A stretch of DNA of 62,044 nt, the filler included, from Piptocephalis cylindrospora (lineage: Eukaryota), in NCBI GenBank assembly GCA_003614145.1. It is 13 parts of 13 records of this genome, joined end to end, with 100 filler letters (N's around TTAATTAATTAA, not from the genome) between each part and the next. Parts side by side here need not be neighbours in the genome. Positions count along the whole stretch, not along the records: positions 23,993 to 28,688 come from KZ988488.1; positions 28,789 to 33,461 come from KZ988489.1; positions 33,562 to 38,234 come from KZ988490.1; 10 more parts are not named here. One strand, 5' to 3'. Both the position numbers and the translations under genes were made by a program. Below the pieces are notes generated by a model, which was not told the origin of the DNA, searched no databases, and worked only from the letters and a program-made list of their open reading frames with translations. This document shows, one piece after another, positions 23,993 to 33,819 of this stretch. Position 1 is the first letter of the stretch. Each line of letters opens with the position of its first letter.

Positions 23993-25738
23993 CCCAACAC
24001 CGGGGGAATGGGCTGTTATGCCCCGGCCCCTGTGGCCACCCCCGAGGTCATGCGGGAGATTCAGGAGAGGGTGCTAGAGCCGGCGATCCGTGGGATGCGT
24101 CGGGATGGTCACCCCTTTGTTGGGTGTCTTTTTGCCGGGCTCATGCTAACGCCTAATGGTGGAGTCAAAACTCTAGAGTTCAATTGTCGATTCGGCGATC
24201 CGGAAACCGAGGTGGTCCTTCCCCTAATTGACGGAGACCTCTCGGTCATCCTTCAGGCTGGAGCAGAGCAGTGGCTGGATGGAGCCTCCTTCCGTATTCG
24301 GGAAGGACAGAGTGCTGCCACGGTCGTGGCCTCGGCCAAGGGCTACCCCGGATCCTACGCCAAGGGCACGCCCATCCAGGTCAAGAGCCCCTTGCCTGAA
24401 TCCACTTTGATCTTCCATGCCGGTACAAAGACTACCTCGGATCAGGAGCTGACCACATCTGGAGGCCGTGTCCTCATGGCCACGGGCTGGGGCAAGGATC
24501 TCCATACTGCTGTCAAGGGCGCTTATGCCGCCATGGAACATGTGACCTTTGAGGGCATGCACTACCGCCGGGACATTGCCTACCAGGCCCTGAACCCTTC
24601 TTCTTCTACTGCGTCCGCTCAGGCTATGACGTATGCGGATGCTGGTGTGAGTATTGATCGGGGTAATGAGCTGGTTGAGGGGATTCGTGAGTTGGTTCGG
24701 TCGACCCGGAGACCTGGAGCGGATGCGGAAATTGGAGGTTTTGGCGGAGTGTTTGACCTGGCCACGGCCTTTCCTCAGCCTGGGACCCGGCCCAATGATC
24801 CAATCCTCGTGGCGGCGACCGATGGCGTTGGGACCAAGCTGGTGATTGCACAGCAGGCCGGGATTCACCGGACGATTGGTGTGGACCTGGTGGCAATGAG
24901 TGTGAATGACTTGGTGGTCCAGGGGGCTGAGCCCCTCCTCTTCCTCGACTACTTTGCTTGTGGCGCCCTTGAGGTTGGGGTGGCGCGGGACGTGGTGGAG
25001 GGGGTTGCCCGGGGCTGTCGGGATGCCGGGTGTGCCTTGGTGGGTGGAGAGACTGCAGAGATGCCCGGTCTCTACGGAGATGGAGAGTATGATGTAGCTG
25101 GGTTTGCCGTGGGCATGGTCGACCGACCCAGGATCCTCCCTCTTTTGACGGACATGATCCCCGGGGATATTCTTTTGGGTCTGGCGTCCTCGGGTCCCCA
25201 TAGCAATGGTTATTCGTTGATCCGACGGATTGTGGAGAAGGAGTTTGGCAAGGGGACTGAGAAGACTGTGGACTGGCAGGGAACTCCAGCCCCATTCCAG
25301 GCCCCGGGTGATGAGGGACTTTCCCTTGGTCAGGCCCTTTTGACCCCCACGAGGATTTATGTCAAGAGCCTGCTCCATGCCCTTCGCTCCCTATCCCATG
25401 GGGACATCAAGGGATTTAGTCATATCACCGGCGGGGGCTTCCAGGAGAATGTTCCTAGGATGCTTCCGGAGCATCTGGCTGCCCAGGTGGATGTTGGAAG
25501 CTGGACGCTTCCTCCCGTCTTCCAATGGCTCAAGGCTGCAGGGAATGTACCGGCTGAGGAACTGGCCCGAACCTTTAACTGCGGCATTGGTATGGCCCTT
25601 GTGGTCAAGGCGGAGAAGGCCTCGGAGGTTATTCGTGTTTTCCAGGAGGCTGGGGAGGCTGTGTATGAGATTGGACGACTTGCCGCACGTGATGCCGGGG
25701 TTGGCTGCGTCCTCGAGGGTCTTTCCCAGCACTGGTGA
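23993..25738 (+). CDS. ADE5,7: Bifunctional GAR synthetase / AIR synthetase, 5'-truncated
   Basis: GARS C-terminal part ([30 protein letters not shown]) fused to AIRS ([54 protein letters not shown]). Confidence 0.96.
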   Translation, partial: PNTGGMGCYAPAPVATPEVMREIQERVLEPAIRGMRRDGHPFVGCLFAGLMLTPNGGVKTLEFNCRFGDPETEVVLPLIDGDLSVILQAGAEQWLDGASFRIREGQSAATVVASAKGYPGSYAKGTPIQVKSPLPESTLIFHAGTKTTSDQELTTSGGRVLMATGWGKDLHTAVKGAYAAMEHVTFEGMHYRRDIAYQALNPSSSTASAQAMTYADAGVSIDRGNELVEGIRELVRSTRRPGADAEIGGFGGVFDLATAFPQPGTRPNDPILVAATDGVGTKLVIAQQAGIHRTIGVDLVAMSVNDLVVQGAEPLLFLDYFACGALEVGVARDVVEGVARGCRDAGCALVGGETAEMPGLYGDGEYDVAGFAVGMVDRPRILPLLTDMIPGDILLGLASSGPHSNGYSLIRRIVEKEFGKGTEKTVDWQGTPAPFQAPGDEGLSLGQALLTPTRIYVKSLLHALRSLSHGDIKGFSHITGGGFQENVPRMLPEHLAAQVDVGSWTLPPVFQWLKAAGNVPAEELARTFNCGIGMALVVKAEKASEVIRVFQEAGEAVYEIGRLAARDAGVGCVLEGLSQHW

Positions 25739-26537
25739 GCTTATTGAGTGTGTCGGTGCTCGGTCCTTTATATGTGTGAGATGGATCGTTATTGAAATGA
25801 ACGATCTAAAGAAACAACAGTGTGTGCAATGCGACTGGAAAACAAAACATGGATGAGATTTCCGCCTCGGAGGGGCAATTCCCCCTTTTTCTCTCCTGGG
25901 AGGATGATCCCACGACAGAGCACGCAAGTAGCTAGTTAGTTAAAGAACCATAGGAAGGTCTGTAGGATCAAGAGAATAAAGAGGAGGGAAAAGACTTGGC
26001 CTCCCGTGTACAGTTCGGGTTGTCGTAGGACATTCCATGTTGGGTCGGCGATGGGATGTATGGTGGGACTGGAGGAGTCTCTAGACCAAAAGTTGGGGTA
26101 CATGCGCGTCTCGGACATGGGGGATGGCACGGATAGGAGAGAAACAGAAAGGAAAAGAAAAGAAAAAAGACGATATGGTATGAATCTGTTGATGACACTG
26201 TCTGAGAATCCCCATCAGAGTTCAGTCTTCCTACATACACACCGATGATCCAGCCATGGCGGTGTCGCTCTAGCCAAAAGTCCGCCCCTGGTCAGTGAAA
26301 CACTCCCAGATACACCTTGGACTCGAGGCTCCTCACACTTGAGGGCCTTTGTCACAGAGATCTTCCAAGTCTTTTCCAACATCTCTCTGCCCTGGATACA
26401 ATACCCAAAGATCCCCACGTTCGGTGCCAGACTCCACTGTGCCAAGGTCCAGCTCCTTCTTTATCCCATCTCCTCTCTTCATCTCGTCTCATCCCATCTT
26501 TCCCCAGCTCATCCTCCCATATACACTTGTGTCTACC

Positions 26538-27337
26538 ATGCCACTTATCTCTTTCTTTGGTTGTCTCTTTACAGCCTACGGACCCATCCTCTCCTTATTC
26601 GTTGTGAGCATTGGCGGGAATGCTCAATTAGTTATCTTGGCTCTGACAGCGTAAGTGGGGTCTTCACTAGAATCTGTCTTGAGTTCCTCCCTCATCCCTC
26701 ATCCCTCATTCCTTTCCTCGTCGCCTCTCCCATCAGCGCTTTCTTTTGGCTCTTATCCCTCCTCATCATCTCGATTCTATGGTTCCTCATTAAACCACTC
26801 CAAGATACTCATACTGCTACTCTGGCCTACTCAGTGGTCATACAAGAGCTGTTTCGGTATATCTTTTACTTTATCTATTCCAAGGCGGAACGGGGCCTTA
26901 TATCCGTCTCGGCCAGGCCCGCATCTCCATTGAATCGCTCCTCCTTTGCATTTGCATCGGGTATTGGGTATGGCATTATCTCTTCGGCCACCTCCTACAT
27001 CACCCTCTTGGCCTCGACCACCGGACCCGGCATGCTCATCTCCCCCTCATGTCCCGCTGTCTCCATGGCCTTCACCTCGGGTCTGGTCACCATGCTCATG
27101 AGCCTTCTGCATGTCACCTGGATGCTGGTGGCCTTTGATGGCTTTGGCACCCCTGGTGCCGCTGGATACATCCGTATCCTCTTTGTCTTTGCCTCTCACC
27201 TCGCCGCTGCCTATGCCACCATCTTCAACGGCAGTAGTATTTACCTTGGATGCCTTTACTCGGTGCTATGTCTCCTTGCCCTCCTGGTCGCTTCCAGTCT
27301 TTTTGCCCTGAAGGATCTGATGAAACGGTGGAAGTAA
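26538..27337 (+). CDS. APH1: Gamma-secretase subunit APH-1
   Basis: Exons 26538-26650 and 26737-27337 give MPLISFFGCLFTAYGP...AAFFWLLSLLIISILW...SVVIQELFR...KAERGL...SGIGYG...GPG...LLHVTW...SHL. About 7 TM helices with the two conserved His residues. Confidence 0.9.
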
Positions 27338-27545
27338 TCATCGCATCTTTTTGGGGACGGAGAGGATGAAAGGCAAGACCAAAGTGTGTAGTATAGCAGG
27401 AAGGAAGGGGTCCTCCTTTGCTTTCATCCTTAATCATCATAAATAATAAAAGGTCATCTGGCGAGTCTATGATCAGCTCAAGGAAATCATCGGTCTACTC
27501 GAACCTCTTTCCCCCTTTTTATACATGCGTTCCTATCCTCCCAGA

Positions 27546-28318
27546 TCACGATGCATCACCCCCCAGCGACCGGTAAAAGGCCGTATGGGCGCTCTCAAGG
27601 TCAAAGAGCAGTTGGCGCACTTGCTCAGCGTCCAGCTCCTCGCTAGCCCTCATCCCGTTGACCAGGATTAGCCTAATGCATGATGAAAAGATCAGATGAG
27701 TGCAAACAGCTCAACCCCATCCTCTCTTCCTTACCATTCTCGAACTTTCAGCAATGGAGGATAGTCTGGGGAGGGGGAGGCAGAGGCCAAGGAGCTGGCC
27801 AGCTCCCCAAGTAGTGGATGCACCGCATCAGCCGCCACTAGGTTCAGCTTGAGCGCATCCATCAATGTGATAAAGTGCTGTACTGTCTCAGCAATATGCT
27901 TGGCCGACCTGGGTCCCTGCCCCTCCTCTCCTCGCCCCTCTTTCCCTTGAGTTACCAGCGGTTCCGGGTATCCGCATGTCAGCAGTCGGTGTGTCGCGGC
28001 TGGACAATGCAGTCGGGTGCTACGAATAAACTCCTCTACGTTCATGCTACCGTCCTCCTCCAACAGCGTCTTTGCCGTCCGAAACTGCGTAATGAGCTTG
28101 GCGCAGGCCTCCGAATACCTAGTGTAAGAGAGACTGTGAGAGGGATCATCTCATTGAACCGATCGCTCCAGCACTTACTCTGAATGGGTAATCGCATCCC
28201 GTAAGTACGCCCGCTCCAGTTGCTCCGTCGAGAGGAGAATGGCGTAAAAGTCAGCCCGATGGTCATGGACATCTCTTTCCCTTCTGGAGGACCATAGCTG
28301 AATGGGAGGATTGGACAT
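27546..28318 (-). CDS. VPS28: ESCRT-I subunit Vps28
   Basis: Exons 28318-28179, 28118-27735, 27672-27546. Motifs LERAYLRDAI, CAKLITQF, CPAATHRL, AETVQHFITLMDALKL, RQLLFDLE. Confidence 0.92.
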
Positions 28319-28572
28319 GTTGAACAGGAGGAGCTAGGAGAGACGGGCTAGGAAGGACGGAAGGGGCTAGGAGAGATAGTAGAGAAGTTGGAGAGGTAGA
28401 TCGTGCTGTTGATGTTGAATCGTGACTAATCTCCCACTCTTAAATCAGTGGTTTGACCTATACACCGCGGAGTTGGCTTGTCAGATATTCTCTTTTAAAA
28501 GAATCACGTCCGATCATCTTCCCAGGAACCCCCTTCTTCCTTCCTCTCTCCCTCCCTCCACTGACCCCAAAA

Positions 28573-28688
28573 ATGATCACGCTCCCATCCATCGATCAGC
28601 TCAATCTACTTAATCGGAAGGAATTCCATTCTACCCTGCGGCTTCTCTTTGAGGATGCCCCAGATCTCTTTGATCGACTGTACGAGGA
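28573..28688 (+). CDS. OHCU decarboxylase-like, 5' fragment
   Basis: MITLPSIDQLNLLNRKEFHSTLRLLFEDAP matches the L..LN.....F...L..LFE N-terminal pattern. Cut by the linker. Confidence 0.6.
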
Positions 28689-28788
28689 NNNNNNNNNNNN
28701 NNNNNNNNNNNNNNNNNNNNNNNNNNNNNNNNTTAATTAATTAANNNNNNNNNNNNNNNNNNNNNNNNNNNNNNNNNNNNNNNNNNNN
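28689..28788. other. Artificial contig linker
   Basis: N44-TTAATTAATTAA-N44. Confidence 0.98.
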
Positions 28789-28789
28789 A

Positions 28790-29647
28790 AAAGGAGATGG
28801 TGGGGCCTCTGAGGACGAGGAAAAGAAGAAAGACGAGGAGTATGTAAGGCAGCAGAGGAAGGCAGATGAGGAGAGGAAGAAGGCAGAAGAAGAAAAGAAG
28901 AAGGCAGAAGAGGAGAAGAATAGGTGCCCCACCTATTTCCGCTGTTTTCCAGGCGTTACGCATGAATGAAATACTTCCCATGATGAATGATGCGCGACAA
29001 CCTCACTTCATCCTGGATATATCCCATCAATCCATGATGTGGTATCCAAGATTATGCGGGATGTTATTCCTACATGAGTATCTTCGTACTGAAATCTAGT
29101 CTACATGGTCCATCTCATGTACCCAGCTTTCAGATTCCTTTCCGGATGAAATACAATGCTTTCTTGATTTTCCCTCCAATTTTTAATTAGAGGATATGAT
29201 GAGAGTGTTTGGGATGGAGAAAGTGAAGAGTATACCTATCTCGATTGATGATTAGAGTATTGAGGTGGCGATCAGTACTACTATACAACAAGGGGCAATA
29301 TTCTTCAAGCTATCATTGATCCTTCAAGGCCAAGGGTCTTTGGCACTAAGACGCCCAAACATCAATCCTTGGCTGAGTACAGGTTCATACATGTTGGCTG
29401 ATGGCCTCTACCTCAGAGCAGAGCCATAACTCAGCATTTCCATGTATACAGCTTCTTTATCTAAGCTGATCGAGCCAATATGAAGTTATACTACACAGCA
29501 CACCCTCGCTTTCCCTCTCTCTATCTTATACCACATCACCCATTAAGCCTGGCTATTGCGATCATCGAGCAAATCTACCCGGAGAGGAGTTCGTACTATC
29601 TACAAAATTTACTTTCAAAGGACGTACTGGCGTGTATACGAAAATAA
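28790..29647 (+). pseudogene. Long reading frame interrupted by ten TGA codons (probably a CpG-decayed gene or element)
   Basis: E/K-rich start. In-frame TGA at 28967, 28988, 29075, 29090, 29147, 29165, 29246, 29249, 29261, 29399. First TAA at 29462, next at 29645. No in-frame TAG. Confidence 0.6.
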
Positions 29648-30467
29648 GACACGTCGAGGGTTCCGCAAACGATATTTTTAGGCGCCGCTATTTAAATTGA
29701 AAGGGGAATGCCATGCTCCCAGGGAATGATGCAACCAAGATGAATGCGACGATGTTTAAAGATAAGCATTACTAGACCTCTGTGCCCAAGACGAGGTATG
29801 ATATCGCAAACCAAAAGAGATGCTTGTAGTAATATAATTTAAATTGTGACCATGAATTCCTAACTTTTGATACACTATCCCTAGTACTATAGGATATCGG
29901 CTTCGCTCTCAAATGGCCCCTGTGTTACCATGCTCATTCACTTACCCTATTTGGGGAATATCTATATCATGTTCTCCCTAACAGGAAAAGATATGAGCAT
30001 TTTGAGGGGAAATATTCTCACACTAGTGTCTATATCCATACCCACTTCATGAGAATGGAAAATTCATGATGGCAACGTCCTTGGGGATTGAAGAGGGCAG
30101 TTGCAGCTATGTTAATATCGTCGACTACATTTAATGGTCAGAGATTACTCCCTAGCGGCAAAAGAATGTATTTTATTGAGTGAGCCATTCTTGGCTTGAA
30201 TTTCGCAGGTGGCCAGAGTACTAGGTGGATGACAATGTAGCTTTGGTCATTGCTTGGGGTTTGGGGAAATATAGCATGCTGCCTTCTGAGAACGGAAAAC
30301 CAACCCCGCAATGTCTTACCATTCCGCTTAGGTGGGCTGTGCGCGATATTCCTCTCTCCTCTTTCTTTTTTTTTCTAGATCTCCACACCCCCTTCTCGGA
30401 TAGGGATGTGACTAGGCCAAGTCTCCTTTCCTTCATACACACACTCTGAGCAAGGCTCTACAACAGC

Positions 30468-31666
30468 ATGCCTCCCACTCGCTTAGCCGTGGCGCCCATG
30501 GTCAAGGTGACGACCCCTTCGTTCTTGCATCTGATGAGCCTGGTGAGCCCAAAGTACGTTGACCTGTACACAGAGATGAGACACGCGCAACAGATCCTCA
30601 AGGAGCCCACCGCCCAGGGGCTCTCCCGGCTTTTTGGCCCGGCGAATCGACCAGGCCTCGTGGTGCAGCTGGGGGGGAGTGACCCAGCCATGCTGGGGGA
30701 TGCGACAGCCCGACTGGCAGAAGCGGGCTATGGTCGAGTCAATCTGAATTGTGGATGCCCAAGCAAGAATGTGCAAGCTGGGTCCTTTGGAGCAGTGTTA
30801 ATGAAGGATGCTGATCTGGTTGGGAGGATTCTAAAGCAGATGGACGTATCTTCCTCTGGTCATCACATGCAGCTGTCGGTCAAATGTCGGGTTGGAGTGG
30901 ATGAGCATGATTCCCCGGCTTATCTCCATCACTTTCTTCGTACCATCATCACGGCCGTTCCCCATCTGGAAAGCGTGACCGTGCATGCCCGTAAGGCCTG
31001 GCTCTCCGGTGTTTCCCCCAAGGACAATCGACGGATCCCGGAGCTGCAGCATGAACGAGTCTACGGACTCAAGAAGGCCCTTGGACCCTTTATTCCTCCC
31101 ATCTGGACCAATGGTGGGGTTGGGAGCGTGGAGGAAGCCATGTCCCATATGCAGTATGTAGATGGTGTGATGATTGGACGAAAGGGTAAGTCGAAAGGGA
31201 TATCGAACTTGTGTCTTGGACCTTGGATCGAACAACAGTTTCTGTATAATAATGGATCCTTCCCTACCCCACCCTAGTGCAATCATCTCCTATGTTTATG
31301 GCCGAGTGCGTCAAGGAGCTTTATGGCGTTTCTCCACCTTCCATAGCTCAGGTTATTCAGTCATACGCCCAATATGCCGAGGAAATTTTGGGAAATGCTG
31401 AAGAGCGAGGTCCATCGGCTCACTGCATTCTTCGACCCATTAATCTTCTGTACACGGGAGCACCAGGACGTGTCTTCCGCGCACGCATTCAAGCCTACTT
31501 GGACGGATGGTCCTCGCAGCAAGACAGCCAGGGATTGCATCTGGCTGTTAACGAAGCCATTGCCTTGGCTATAGAACGGCAGGATGAGCAAAAGAATATT
31601 TTTAGGAGGAGGATGGAGGAAGCGGGATCCAAGGAGAACCCCGAGTCCATAACCATTTCTTCTTAA
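30468..31666 (+). CDS. dusA: tRNA-dihydrouridine synthase, DusA-type
   Basis: VAPM, LYTEM, QLGGSDP, NLNCGCPS, GSFGAVLM, VKCRVGVD, HARKAWLSGVSPKDNRRIPEL, NGGV, GVMIGR. Intron 31186-31277. Confidence 0.85.
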
Positions 31667-32235
31667 AAGATGGGGAAGACTTAAAATGTGATCTCGTATA
31701 CAATATCATTTGTCTTTTAAAGCCTGAGGTGATACGTTTGATGAAAAAACGGTGCTACAAAGAAAATTGCCCTAATTATCATTTGGTTTAATGATCAAAG
31801 GGACGATTAGAAGGAGAGTTCTGTGGGGAAGAAGATCTTCCCTTCCTCATTTCCCATCCCCTGAAAAGGACAAGCATCATGTGGAAGAAAGTGTAGGGGG
31901 GCTGGAGCCCAGCCTGTTTTACCAACTCCGCCCGTGTGGGTCAGCCAGCGCTGGAAGTGGTCCTAGTTGTATGAAGGTTGCAACACGGGTTCTTACTGGA
32001 GAGTGGTCCTCCTTCCCAAGCGCAGCATCCGCTGTCATTGCCCTAGCATCTTAATGACCAGTTGGGTAGATGATTGGGGGATGAGGCGTTGAAAAGGGAT
32101 GCTTGGTGGATCGGATCCAGGCACTTACTCACTAATCCTCCCACCAGCTTCTTCTTTCCTCTTCCTCCTTATACCTCACTTCGCCTCATCTCATCTCTAT
32201 CACTCTTCCTTTCCCCCACACCCTCTCCTGGTACC

Positions 32236-32907
32236 ATGACCATTTCCGAGCAAGAGTCTGGCAGTGAGTTGCCGATGTCGTCCAAGGCCTCCTTTGACCC
32301 TGTGGCCCCGGTGGGAATGGACCAGTTGGCTGAGCGACTTGGCGAGGAATTCCGCCTCCTTCCCGGGGCGGCCACAGCGTTATCGACAGTTCTTCGACAC
32401 ACGCCCCTGCACCAGATGAGCATGTGCCTTGTCCGGAACCCAAAGCGCGTTCTGGCCAACCATCGTAAGGAGTATGATTCACTGGTACGACATTTAGCCT
32501 GGGGAGGCCGCCCTCCCATGTCCCGAGCCCTTTCCCCCGCATCACCGCCCATGACCCCATCATCATCCGAGTCATCTTCAGGGTCCATGGGTCATCGGAG
32601 TGGCGAAAGTACCTCCTCTTCCATTTCTTCTCTCCTCTCCGAGGATCTGGTGGATGCGCCGTACAAGTGCGAGGAGGCTGGGGGCGTGAGGTACATTCGG
32701 TATGCCACGCTTGGTCGCCTCATGGAAACACGACGGCAGCTGCGGCAAACGTTTCCCCGAGCCTTTTTTGTTGGAGACCTTTTGAGAGAGAGCCTTCGAT
32801 CCGGTCATGGTCGAGCTATTGTCCCAGTGGCGGATGCCTGGTTGGTGTCCCGGACCGGCGTAGATGCCTTTGAGATCATCCGGGCTGATTGGTACTTTCA
32901 AGCCTAA
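32236..32907 (+). CDS. Hypothetical protein (223 aa)
   Basis: ATG in ACCATG context after a CT-rich leader. Two ordered-looking halves separated by a Ser-rich linker. No family recognised. Confidence 0.65.
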   Translation: MTISEQESGSELPMSSKASFDPVAPVGMDQLAERLGEEFRLLPGAATALSTVLRHTPLHQMSMCLVRNPKRVLANHRKEYDSLVRHLAWGGRPPMSRALSPASPPMTPSSSESSSGSMGHRSGESTSSSISSLLSEDLVDAPYKCEEAGGVRYIRYATLGRLMETRRQLRQTFPRAFFVGDLLRESLRSGHGRAIVPVADAWLVSRTGVDAFEIIRADWYFQA

Positions 32908-33413
32908 GGGACGGGTTCTTTATCCTTGATGGATTGGGGAAAGGGAGAGGAGGGGGATTGTGTAGGAATAAAGGACACTAGTATGCTTCAGGCACACTGA
33001 TTTATCTTGCCTGGAGAAGAAGGATGATGACCCCATCTTATTGCCAGTGAGTCATGCTTGGAAGGGATCCAGGGTCACTTTACGCTGTTGATGCATTGCC
33101 CCTCTCCCACATTATGGATTGACTGGTGAGAGGGGATGGATGAGAGGTTCCACGAACGCACACAACAATCAACCTCCTTCCCACCTGGGCTGGATCCTCC
33201 ATTGGGGGGAAGGGGATAAAACATGGTCTCAGGTAAGGAGATGCCTCCCCCCCCCCCCCCCACGGTTCTTTGTGTAACCCCCTTTCCTTTTTTTTCTTCC
33301 TTTTTTTGGTAAAGCAAATAGCCCTTACCCCCTCTTGTTTTTTTCCCTTTTCCTTGTTTCCTCTTCGGATAAACTGCCCAGCCCCATACTTGCCTTAATA
33401 TCAAGGCTTCACC

Positions 33414-33461
33414 ATGTCCCAATCGAACCGGGAATTAGAGGAGTTTCGTCGCAAGTGGAAA
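33414..33461 (+). CDS. 5' fragment resembling the N-terminus of F-box protein Hrt3/FBXO9
   Basis: MSQSNRELEEFRRKWK fits the EL..FR..W motif. Only 16 codons before the linker. Confidence 0.4.
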
Positions 33462-33561
33462 NNNNNNNNNNNNNNNNNNNNNNNNNNNNNNNNNNNNNNN
33501 NNNNNTTAATTAATTAANNNNNNNNNNNNNNNNNNNNNNNNNNNNNNNNNNNNNNNNNNNN
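33462..33561. other. Artificial contig linker
   Basis: N44-TTAATTAATTAA-N44. Confidence 0.98.
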
Positions 33562-33567
33562 CATCAG

Positions 33568-33721
33568 ATACCGAATTTTAGATATGCTAGGTCAGGGAAC
33601 ATTTGGCCAGGTGGTCAAGTGTGAAAATGTCAAGTCGGGAGAGCATGTTGCGGTCAAGGTCGTCAAAAACAAACCAGCCTACCACAATCAATCCTTGATG
33701 GAAGTGGCCATTCTTGAATCT
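33568..33721 (+). CDS. YAK1: Isolated exon of a Yak1/HIPK-type (DYRK family) kinase, subdomains I-III
   Basis: Bounded by CAG and GTACGT. Reads [51 protein letters not shown]. The rest of the kinase is absent. Confidence 0.8.
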
Positions 33722-33819
33722 GTACGTCCTCTTCTATCCCCTCCCCCTTCCCCTCCTCTTCCCCCTCACGTGTAACCCGCACCGCAAGTGTCCAGCTCTT
33801 CCTACCGCACACTCTCAGC

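Noticed and set aside
24224..25378. Long antisense and overlapping ORFs (also 1948-2718, 44866-45582, 60362-61045)
   Set aside because: Shadows of real genes on the opposite strand, with no recognisable motifs.
23993..28688. Purine gene cluster (ADE5,7 plus OHCU decarboxylase on one contig)
   Set aside because: They belong to opposite pathways (synthesis and degradation) and are separated by unrelated APH1 and VPS28; probably coincidence.
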